DNA of 64,000 bases, from contig CBDEUM010000030.1 of the NCBI GenBank assembly GCA_965242925.1, positions 311,172 to 375,171 of the forward strand, given 5' to 3'. A model generated the notes under the pieces. It saw only the letters and a program-made list of their open reading frames with translations. It was not told the DNA's origin and ran no database searches. This document shows, piece after piece, positions 52,093 through 60,741 of the stretch. Origin of the DNA: Roseibacillus sp. (GTDB lineage Bacteria; Verrucomicrobiota; Verrucomicrobiia; Verrucomicrobiales; Akkermansiaceae). The first letter of the stretch is position 1. Each line of letters begins with the position of its first letter. Position numbers and translations under genes: made by a program.

Positions 52093-55074
52093 ATGGGAAA
52101 ATCCATTCTCGATATTGGCATAACCGCAATTGCGCTCTTGCTCAGTGTGCAAAATCTCACGGCCTTCAATGTCATCGAGGGCACGGTGACCGAGATTGCC
52201 GGTCCCGATGACCTCCTTTTGGATCCCGGGTCAGCGGTCATCGCCATCGATAGTTTCGGAAATGCGGACACGGACGTCAACGGGGTCACCTTCTTCACCG
52301 ACCGCGTGGGTCTCGGTGCAGCCGTGATCGCCGAAGGAGTGGTCGAGAGCGATGGGGTCACGGTCACCACCAGCGTTTTCAACCAGATTGACAACTGGGC
52401 CGGTGGACCGACTTTCACCGGTGGTACTCCTGGATCGGCAGCCAACCTCAGCGAAGTCTTGCGGGATATTCGATGGGCCAATGGCGGCGCCAACCAGGCG
52501 CTTAATATTCAAATTGCCGGGCTCACTGCCGGAAACAAGTACAGCGTTCAACTCCTCTTCAACGAGGGTGCCAATCGCGACCGCCGCTGGGACATCGCGG
52601 TCAATGGTGCGCTGGTGGTCGACGATTTTGGTTCCGAGGGCGGAGATGGCGCCTGGTCCCCTGCCAACAGCTTCGCCTACGCAGGTGAGTTCGATGCTTC
52701 TCTTGCCGGCAGCATCGACGTCGTCATGGGACGCGAACCGTTTCCGGCCGATCCCAATAATACGGCCTTCCTTGGCGCCGACAACAACGCCATCCTGCAG
52801 GGAATCATCGTCCACAGTTCCTGCCCGCCCACCGCCGCCGAAGACATCCTGCTCGCCTATGTCGATGCGGACGGGGGGGTCCCACCCGGGGCAGCCATCG
52901 GCGAGCAGGTGGCCACCCTGAGCTCGGTGGACTGCAATGGAGGATCCCACACCTATGCCCTCGTGGCGGGTGCGGGGGACAACGATAACAGCAAATTCAC
53001 CATCGCTGGAGACCAGTTGAAGGCCAATGCCGATCTTTCCGGAGAAGTGGGTCACAGCCTCTCGATCCTGGTGGAGAGCACCGACGACACTGCCATGGCC
53101 TTCGCCAAGCAACTCGACATCCTCGTCCTCGGCGACACCGACGGCGACAGCCTGGTGGACTCCTGGGAACTCAACCCGAACTGGACCAATCCGGTCGCGG
53201 GGCTCAGTGACCTCAACGGACTCCTGAACGGACCGGGAGCGGGAGCGGGCACCGGCGACTTCGATGGGGACGGCTCGTCCGACTCCGAGGAGGAGGAGAA
53301 CGGTACCGATCCCACCAATTCCGACTCCGATGGCGACGGACTCCCCGACGGAGCAGAGACAAATACGGGCACCTTTGTAGACGCCAACAACACTGGCACG
53401 GACCCCCTCAACACCGACACCGACGGCGACACTGTCAGCGACGGCGATGAGGTCACCGGTGCCAACGGCTTCAACGTCGCCACCGATCCGCACAACCAGG
53501 ATAGCGACGGCGACGGCCTCAACGACGGCGAGGAGACCACCGAAGGAGCGGACGGATTCATTACCAATCCGACGGACCGCGACACCGATGGGGATCAGCT
53601 TCAGGATGCCATCGATTCCCACCCCACCGATCCCGCTCTCCCCGAGAAAGGCAATTTCTTCGCAATCGAATACTTCGGGCCCGATGACCTCTTTGTCTCG
53701 GGCGATTCCGAGCTCGATCCCGGCAAGGTCGTCATCGCCGTCAACGTCTTCGGCAACAACGACTCCGATGTGAACGGTGTGACCTTCTTCACCGACCGCG
53801 CCGGCCTCGGTGACGCGGTCACCAATGAAGGAGTGGTCACCTCGGACGGCGTGACCGTGACTTCCGGTTCGACCCACACCATCGACGGCTGGAGTCTTCC
53901 CGCGCCCAGCTTCACCGGCGGCACCCCCGGCTCTGCGAGCAATTTGAGCGAAATCATGGCCGACATCAGGTGGTCGGCAGCCCCCAGTCCCCTTCCTGTC
54001 GACATCGATGGTCTCGAACCCGGCCAGGAGTACATCGTCGATCTGCTGACTTACGAGGGCGCGGATCGCAACCGTTTCTGGGACATCAGTGTCAATGGGC
54101 TCCTGGAATTCGACAACTATTCGTCCGAGGGCGACACCAACCTCGGCCATACCTGGGGCCCCGACAAGGCGCATGGACTTCGCGGAACAGTGAAGGCCAC
54201 CCCGCAGGGAAGCATCAACATCATCATGCAGCAGGAACTTGGTGGTGATGCGCCCTTGCCGAGCGACAACAACCCCATCCTCCAGGCCGTGATCGTCAGA
54301 AAGGGTGGACCGACATTGAAGGACCGAATGTGGGTTGAGCGCGATGGCGCCGGCAACCTCGTCCTGAATTGGAACAGCAAGCTCGGCCGGCTCTATGACA
54401 TTCGTTCGACAGATGATCCGGTGGCCAATCAGGATCCCACGCTCTGGCCCATCATTCTGACCGACATTGAACCCACGCCTCCAGTCAACATCGAGACCAT
54501 CCCCTTCCCGGGAGATGACAAACGATTCTATGTCTACGAGGAGAAACCGGTTCCCCCCTTCTACCTGGAGGACTTCGAGGCCGGCATGGGCGGCTGGACC
54601 ACCGGGGTCGGTGATGCCACCGGGCTGACCTTATGGGAGTGGGGCGAACCCAGTGGAGGCTTCGGTCCAACCTCGGGCGCAGGAGGATCAATCAACTGCT
54701 TTGGAACCAACATTTCCGGCGACCACAACTTCAATGCCGATATCTGGCTGCACTCGCCCCCCATCGATCTCACCGCCGCGGGAATTGGCGGGGTCATTCT
54801 GGAGTTTCAGCAGTTCAAGGATATCGAGCCCCCCAATCCGGATCTTTTTGACTACGGATCCATCCGCATCCTGCGAGCGTCGGATAGCACGCAACTCGGT
54901 GCCGATATCGTCTCTGACATCACCGGATCCACGATCGACTGGGAGACCTTCTCCGCCCCCTTCCCCCCCGAAGCGATCGGAGAGGAGATTGTGATCGAAT
55001 TCCAATTCATCAGTGATGATGTCGCTAATTTCACGGGTTGGTACCTCGACGATATTGCTCTCAAGCTGGAGTAA
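52093..55074 (+). CDS. Secreted multidomain protein: two copies of the shared domain X, cadherin-like, Ca-binding DxDGDG repeats, internal beta domain, terminal jelly-roll domain
   Basis: Signal peptide; FNEGANRDRRWDI / YEGADRNRFWDI; DTDGD.L.DG.E repeats; terminal FYLEDFE...WEWGEP...WLHSPPIDL...GWYLDDI. Confidence 0.85.
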   Translation: MGKSILDIGITAIALLLSVQNLTAFNVIEGTVTEIAGPDDLLLDPGSAVIAIDSFGNADTDVNGVTFFTDRVGLGAAVIAEGVVESDGVTVTTSVFNQIDNWAGGPTFTGGTPGSAANLSEVLRDIRWANGGANQALNIQIAGLTAGNKYSVQLLFNEGANRDRRWDIAVNGALVVDDFGSEGGDGAWSPANSFAYAGEFDASLAGSIDVVMGREPFPADPNNTAFLGADNNAILQGIIVHSSCPPTAAEDILLAYVDADGGVPPGAAIGEQVATLSSVDCNGGSHTYALVAGAGDNDNSKFTIAGDQLKANADLSGEVGHSLSILVESTDDTAMAFAKQLDILVLGDTDGDSLVDSWELNPNWTNPVAGLSDLNGLLNGPGAGAGTGDFDGDGSSDSEEEENGTDPTNSDSDGDGLPDGAETNTGTFVDANNTGTDPLNTDTDGDTVSDGDEVTGANGFNVATDPHNQDSDGDGLNDGEETTEGADGFITNPTDRDTDGDQLQDAIDSHPTDPALPEKGNFFAIEYFGPDDLFVSGDSELDPGKVVIAVNVFGNNDSDVNGVTFFTDRAGLGDAVTNEGVVTSDGVTVTSGSTHTIDGWSLPAPSFTGGTPGSASNLSEIMADIRWSAAPSPLPVDIDGLEPGQEYIVDLLTYEGADRNRFWDISVNGLLEFDNYSSEGDTNLGHTWGPDKAHGLRGTVKATPQGSINIIMQQELGGDAPLPSDNNPILQAVIVRKGGPTLKDRMWVERDGAGNLVLNWNSKLGRLYDIRSTDDPVANQDPTLWPIILTDIEPTPPVNIETIPFPGDDKRFYVYEEKPVPPFYLEDFEAGMGGWTTGVGDATGLTLWEWGEPSGGFGPTSGAGGSINCFGTNISGDHNFNADIWLHSPPIDLTAAGIGGVILEFQQFKDIEPPNPDLFDYGSIRILRASDSTQLGADIVSDITGSTIDWETFSAPFPPEAIGEEIVIEFQFISDDVANFTGWYLDDIALKLE
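53134..53630 (+). repeat. Intragenic thrombospondin-type-3-like Ca-binding repeats
   Basis: About six imperfect D(T/S/F)DGD..(S/D)..E...TDP units. Confidence 0.75.
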
Positions 55075-55334
55075 ACCCACCAGAACGACTTGCCCCTGGG
55101 GCTGGTTAAGGCTTTGACGGGGCGCGTGAATGCCCGCCCCGAGGCATCCGCCTCCACAGGCGCCCGGAGGGAGCGTTTGTGGTCCAGATCACCGGCAGAT
55201 TTTGCAGGCAGGATTGCAACTGCAGCACGTGGGCGCTTCGTATGCAGGGAGAGCACAGAGTTGGACATGTTGACATCGGGAGAAGCAGGGCTGAAGATGA
55301 TGGGCGTCACAAACACCTCAAAGCGAGGTCCTCG

Positions 55335-56249
55335 ATGCCCAGTTACATTCCCACAACGGCCGTCCTTCTCGCCCTTGCGCTCACCTCCGGAGCGATTTCC
55401 GCCCAGCAAAAGAGCAAGCGGCACACCTGGAGCGGCGTCGAGCGCATCGTGGCGGTCGGCGATGTCCACGGCGACCACGGCCAGTTTCTGAAAACCCTTC
55501 TCGCGGCGAAGGTCATCGACAAGGACACCCACTGGATTGGTGGAAAGACCCACCTCGTGCAAACCGGAGATCTCTTTGACCGAGGACCTGATTCGCGCAA
55601 GGCCATGGACCTCCTGATGAAGCTTGAGGTCGAGGCAAAGAAGTCCGGCGGCCACGTGCACTGCCTCGCCGGCAACCACGAGGAGATGATGCTGCGGGGC
55701 GACTGGCGCTACGTCCACCCGGGTGAGGTGCAGGCCTTCGGCGACAACGCGAAATACAGTGCCGCAATCGGACCCGAAGGTGTCTACGGAAAGTGGATCC
55801 GAAATCATAACAGCGTCATCAAGATCAACAATGTGCTCTTCCTTCACGGCGGCCTCGGCGGTCCCTACGCCACCATGTCGCTGGACCAGCTCAACGAAGG
55901 AATCCGCAAGGGGCTCAATACCGGAACCGGCATGTCCCGCGACTCGAATGGACCTCTCTGGCACCGAGCCCTCGCCAAGGGAGATGACGCCAGTGTCGCC
56001 GAACAGGTCAAGCCGATCTTCAAGACCCACTCGGTCAACCATATTGTCCTCGGCCACACCCCCTCCGGGCGCATTCTTCCAAAGGCCGGAGGCAAGGTCA
56101 TCCTCATCGATGTCGGCATGTCGAAGGCCTACGGTGGTCCCGCCGGCTGCCTGGTTATCGAAAAGGGTGCCTTCTATGCCAACTACGCCGGCCATCCCCA
56201 GCTGAAGCTGCCTATTGAGACAGGCGTCCCGGCTGACGACAAGAAATAG
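55335..56249 (+). CDS. Secreted calcineurin-like metallophosphoesterase (Shewanella-like phosphatase type)
   Basis: Signal peptide; GDVHG, GDLFDRG, GNHE, HGG, GPLWHR, GHTP, IDVGMS. Confidence 0.9.
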   Translation: MPSYIPTTAVLLALALTSGAISAQQKSKRHTWSGVERIVAVGDVHGDHGQFLKTLLAAKVIDKDTHWIGGKTHLVQTGDLFDRGPDSRKAMDLLMKLEVEAKKSGGHVHCLAGNHEEMMLRGDWRYVHPGEVQAFGDNAKYSAAIGPEGVYGKWIRNHNSVIKINNVLFLHGGLGGPYATMSLDQLNEGIRKGLNTGTGMSRDSNGPLWHRALAKGDDASVAEQVKPIFKTHSVNHIVLGHTPSGRILPKAGGKVILIDVGMSKAYGGPAGCLVIEKGAFYANYAGHPQLKLPIETGVPADDKK

Positions 56250-56254
56250 CGTTC

Positions 56255-59200
56255 ATGCGTTACGATCATACGCCGACCTCCCCGCTCTCCCTCTTTCCCC
56301 GATTACTTGCCGTAGCCCTCGTCACCGTAATCGCAGCGTGCAAGGAACGTGTCGCGGACAGCCCCCTGAACCGGAATGCACCCGCCAAGGCATGGTCGAC
56401 CCCGACCTGGAAACAGGTCACCGACGGCCTGGAGGAATCTCTCCTGTCTCCGGTCGTTGCCGACCCGGGGAATAGTGCGCCGCATTTTGAGCAACTCGGG
56501 CCGGAAGCGACCGGCATCGAGTTTCACAACCAGCTCAACCAGGAAAACATAAAGAACTACCTCCTGACCGGTGCAGGTCTGGCAATCGGCGATGTCGACG
56601 CAAACGGCTTGCCGGACCTCTTCCTCGTCTCGCAGGACGGACCCAACAGGCTTTACCTGCAGGTCTCCCCATGGCGCTTTGTCGATCGAACGAAAGCAGC
56701 CGGAATCCGGGACACGGAGTCGTGGGGCTCTGGCGCGGCCTTCGCTGACCTCGACAACAACGGATGGCTGGATCTCTACGTCTGCAATAAAGGTGCCCAC
56801 GACGAACTCTACCTCAACCAGGGAAACGGCATATTCAAAGGAGGATTCTTCGGCCGGGGAGATGCAAGTCTGCGGGCGCCCACCATGGCGGCGTTTTCGG
56901 ACTACGACCGCGACGGCGATCTCGACTTTTACCGGACCGAAACGCGTCTGCTCTCCATCAAGGAGATGTTCAAGCACAAGGTGCTTCTCGTGAAGGACGA
57001 ACAGGGCGTGTGGAAGGCGCACCCCTCGCAAGCAACCCAGTTTGAAATGATCGATGGTGTCCCCCGGGAACTGGGCACCCGGGATCAGTTGTTGCGCAAT
57101 GAGGGATTGGCTGCCAACGGCATGCCGGAATTTGTGGAATCGAGCAGCCATGCCGGAATCGACATCGCGCGTGAACACGGACTCGCGGCGGTGTGGTGGG
57201 ACTACGACAACGACCATTGGCCGGACCTCTATGTCTCCAATGATTTCCACACGCCCGACCACCTCTATCGTAACAATCGTGACGGCACCTTCACCGAAGT
57301 GACCGGAGAGGCCCTCCCCTACACCTCCTGGAATTCAATGGGCAGCGACTTTGCCGACATTAACAACGACGGGTTCTTCGACTACCTGAGCACCGACATG
57401 TCGGCGACCACCCATTTCAAGCAGAAGACCATGATGGGCGCGATGACCGACACCGCCTGGTTCCTCGACAATCTCGAACCACGCCAATACATGCGCAACA
57501 CCATGCAGGTTAACGCCGGCAACGGGGAATTCATCGACGTTGCGTTCTTTGCCGGCCTCGACAGCACCGACTGGACCTGGAGCGGCCTGTTTGGGGATCT
57601 GGACAACGACGGACTCGAGGACGCGTTTTTTACCAACGGAATCGAGCGTAACGTTCAGGACTCGGACACCAACAACCGCATGTCCGCAGCAAAGGATGCC
57701 GGAGCAGGAATTGAGAAACTGCGCGAAATCTTCCTCAGTGGCCCGCGGCTTCCAGAGCGCAACCTCGCATTCCGCAACCGGGGCGGGATGAAATTTGAGA
57801 GCGTGGGAGAATCGTGGGGCCTCGGTAATGAAACGGTCAGCCACGGCGCGGTCCTGGCCGATCTCGATCGAGATGGAGACCTTGATGTGGTGGTCAACAA
57901 CATGAACGACCCGGTTGGCGTCTACCGCAACGACTCCAGCACCTCGGGGGCGATCCTGGTGAGCCTGCGCGGAACCGTGAGTAATCGCTTTGGCCTCGGC
58001 GCCCGGATTGAAGTGCAACTCCCGACCGGGGTGACCCTCACCCGGATCATCACCAGCTCGCGCGGATACATGAGCGGATGCGAACCAGTGGCGCATTTTG
58101 GGCTCGGCCGTCACCAGCTCATCAAATCGCTCAGGATCGCATGGCCGAGTGGACACCTCCAGGAGTTTCGCAATCTCAGCGGAGGCCGTCATTACCGGCT
58201 GACCGAGCCGAAAGAGGAAGCCGGGTCGGGGCCGCTCCCCGAGAGCCCCCCTGCTCTCTTCACCCGGGTTGAGGGCGGGTTGGGACTCGATTTCGAACAC
58301 CACGAAAACCACTATGACGATTTCCGCGCCCAACCCCTCCTCCCGAACCGCATGTCGAGATTCGGTCCGGCGCTTGCAGCCGGGGATGCAGATGGCGACG
58401 GTGACACCGATTTGTTCCTTGGTGGAGCCGCGAACCGTCCGGGAGCACTTTTTGTCCAGGATGGGTCCGGTAAATTTGTAGAGCGCACTCCCGCGGCCAT
58501 CAAGTCTGATGCCTCTCACGAGGACGTCGATGCCGCTTGGTTCGATGCGGATGGAGACGGCGATCTGGATCTCTATCTCGTCAGCGGAGGCTCAAGCAAA
58601 CCTGCCGGGGATCCCCACTACCAGGACCGGCTCTATCTGACCAGCGCAGCGGGAGCGCTCATGCCCGCCCCGGCAGGAACGTTGCCGGATCATGCGGTCA
58701 GTGGCAGTTGCGTGGTGCCGTGCGACTATGACCGCGACGGCGATGTCGACCTGTTCGTCGGAGCACGATTCGTCCCGGCCCGTTACCCGACCCCCCCCCA
58801 GAGCGCCCTGTTGAAAAACGACGGCACAGGGAGATTTTCCAGGATCCCGCTCGAATCAGGGATGGTTACCGGGGCTGTGTGGTTCGCTTTCGACGACGAT
58901 TCGCGACCGGATCTCGCCCTCGCAACCGAGTGGGGTCCGGTGCGCATCTTCAGGAACACTCCTGATGGTTTCATAGAGCACACTTCTGCAACGGGCCTCG
59001 AAGCCCACACCGGCTGGTGGACCTGCGTGAGCGCCGGGGATATCGATGCGGACGGAGACACCGATCTACTGGCGGGTAATTTCGGTCTCAACACCAAGTA
59101 TCACGCCAGCGTCGAGCACCCCGCAACCCTCTTCGCCGCGGACTTTGCAGGTGACGGCCAACTCCAACTCGTGGAGGCCCACCACAAGGAGGGGCGACTC

Positions 59201-59734
59201 CTGCCGGTCCGGGGAAGAAGCTGCTCAACCGGTGCCATGCCACACCTCATTCCCCGGGTGCCCAATTATACCGCCTTCGCGAGCAAATCGCTGCAGGAGC
59301 TTTATACCCCCGAAGCACTCGCGGGCGCCCACCGCCTCGAGGCGAACACCCTTGGCAGCGCCCTCTTCCGCAACATGGGGAATGGTCGCTTCGAAATGGA
59401 GCAGCTTCCGGAATTGGCTCAGATGGCTCCGGTCATGGCGATTGCGCTCGAGGACCTGGACCGCGATGGCCATCCCGACGCAGTGCTTGCGCAGAACTTC
59501 AATGCGGCCCAGCGGGAAACGGGACGTATGAATGCGGGCCTCAGTCTCTTCCTGAAGGGTGGAAAAACTGGTGAATTTACCGCACTCTGGCCCCTGGAAA
59601 GCGGGATCTCTCTGCGAGCCGACTCGCGCCACCTCGCCATCGTCAATCTGGATGACGATGAAGATAAGGCCCTCGTTTTTGCGCCAAATAGTGATCGGCC
59701 TCAGGTTTTCAGGCGAGTGAAATCTGGAAAGTGA
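56255..59734 (+). CDS. Lipoprotein with FG-GAP/VCBS repeats and internal ASPIC/UnbV domain (CRTAC1-like)
   Basis: Lipobox IAAC; many D.D.DG.LD repeats; NRFGLGARI..RGYMSG...HFGLG..WPSG followed by a second FG-GAP array. Confidence 0.88.
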   Translation: MRYDHTPTSPLSLFPRLLAVALVTVIAACKERVADSPLNRNAPAKAWSTPTWKQVTDGLEESLLSPVVADPGNSAPHFEQLGPEATGIEFHNQLNQENIKNYLLTGAGLAIGDVDANGLPDLFLVSQDGPNRLYLQVSPWRFVDRTKAAGIRDTESWGSGAAFADLDNNGWLDLYVCNKGAHDELYLNQGNGIFKGGFFGRGDASLRAPTMAAFSDYDRDGDLDFYRTETRLLSIKEMFKHKVLLVKDEQGVWKAHPSQATQFEMIDGVPRELGTRDQLLRNEGLAANGMPEFVESSSHAGIDIAREHGLAAVWWDYDNDHWPDLYVSNDFHTPDHLYRNNRDGTFTEVTGEALPYTSWNSMGSDFADINNDGFFDYLSTDMSATTHFKQKTMMGAMTDTAWFLDNLEPRQYMRNTMQVNAGNGEFIDVAFFAGLDSTDWTWSGLFGDLDNDGLEDAFFTNGIERNVQDSDTNNRMSAAKDAGAGIEKLREIFLSGPRLPERNLAFRNRGGMKFESVGESWGLGNETVSHGAVLADLDRDGDLDVVVNNMNDPVGVYRNDSSTSGAILVSLRGTVSNRFGLGARIEVQLPTGVTLTRIITSSRGYMSGCEPVAHFGLGRHQLIKSLRIAWPSGHLQEFRNLSGGRHYRLTEPKEEAGSGPLPESPPALFTRVEGGLGLDFEHHENHYDDFRAQPLLPNRMSRFGPALAAGDADGDGDTDLFLGGAANRPGALFVQDGSGKFVERTPAAIKSDASHEDVDAAWFDADGDGDLDLYLVSGGSSKPAGDPHYQDRLYLTSAAGALMPAPAGTLPDHAVSGSCVVPCDYDRDGDVDLFVGARFVPARYPTPPQSALLKNDGTGRFSRIPLESGMVTGAVWFAFDDDSRPDLALATEWGPVRIFRNTPDGFIEHTSATGLEAHTGWWTCVSAGDIDADGDTDLLAGNFGLNTKYHASVEHPATLFAADFAGDGQLQLVEAHHKEGRLLPVRGRSCSTGAMPHLIPRVPNYTAFASKSLQELYTPEALAGAHRLEANTLGSALFRNMGNGRFEMEQLPELAQMAPVMAIALEDLDRDGHPDAVLAQNFNAAQRETGRMNAGLSLFLKGGKTGEFTALWPLESGISLRADSRHLAIVNLDDDEDKALVFAPNSDRPQVFRRVKSGK

Positions 59735-59863
59735 ACCCGGCTCTGCCCAAGAAGGAAGCATCGGAATATTTTGCCTTTTAAATCGCCCCCTCCCTCCTAG
59801 TCTCCAGAAGCGATGGGTTCCTGCTGACTTCCCGCGAAACACATCACGGAAAAACCCCACCTT

Positions 59864-60517
59864 ATGAAGAATCTTCTCGTCCCTGTCTTCCTCCTTGTTC
59901 CATTTACTGGTGCACACGCCGCCTCATTCATTCTCAGTAATGACACCTTCGGCACTGGAACGAATCCTCTCAACGCCGGGAACGCTAACGTCACCCTCAC
60001 TACCACGGCAGGCGATCCAACTTCCTCCGGCCATGGCAATGTCGGCTCTGCGGATATTGCGCCCGGCGGCCGCTGGGGCGAAGTGCGCGCCCAGGTCAAT
60101 AGCCTCGCAATCCCGGCGGAGTCAGCCCCGGGGACGGATACCTTCAGCATGAGTTTGGACGTCTACATCCCGTCCACCACGACCTACGCGGCGACCGACC
60201 GACTTGGGGTCATCCTTCGATGGAACGGTTCGAACGCCAACAACAATCAGGTGTTCCGCACTTGGGACAGTTTCGCTCCGGACACGTGGGAGACCATCAC
60301 CCTGACCGGGACTCTGCCCGTCAATGGAGGCGACGGGCAACCGTTGACCTCTGTCGTCCCGATTATCAGCTTCGACGACAACCCGGCCGATGCGGCCCCT
60401 GGCGTGGCCGCACACATCGACAATTGGTCCCTCAGTGTTACCGGCGTTCCGGAACCCAGCACCGGCATCCTTGGTGTTCTGAGTGCGGCCCTGTTCCTGT
60501 GTCGCCGTCGGCGTTAA
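59864..60517 (+). CDS. PEP-CTERM sorting domain protein
   Basis: Signal peptide; ends VPEPSTGILGVLSAALFLCRRRR. Confidence 0.92.
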   Translation: MKNLLVPVFLLVPFTGAHAASFILSNDTFGTGTNPLNAGNANVTLTTTAGDPTSSGHGNVGSADIAPGGRWGEVRAQVNSLAIPAESAPGTDTFSMSLDVYIPSTTTYAATDRLGVILRWNGSNANNNQVFRTWDSFAPDTWETITLTGTLPVNGGDGQPLTSVVPIISFDDNPADAAPGVAAHIDNWSLSVTGVPEPSTGILGVLSAALFLCRRRR

Positions 60518-60741
60518 CATTCCGCCACCCCTCCCGCAGAGCAATCCCCCGGAATCCTTGCAGGATTCACTGGCTACCGGATTCTGGTGAATCACGAGCG
60601 ACTCCGGACTTAGGACATCTCTACCCGGGGAGTGGGATTCCTTTGACGCGGCTGCCAGTATAATGCACTGACGCGTAGCTCCGGTGCCCTCTCCTTTCCC
60701 GGAGAATCATCGTTTCAATCTATCCCAGACAAATACACTCC

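Noticed and set aside
53134..53630. Periodic gacaccgacggcgac-like repeats as a CRISPR array
   Set aside because: They are imperfect, in frame inside a CDS and encode DxDGD Ca-binding repeats; no cas genes are present.
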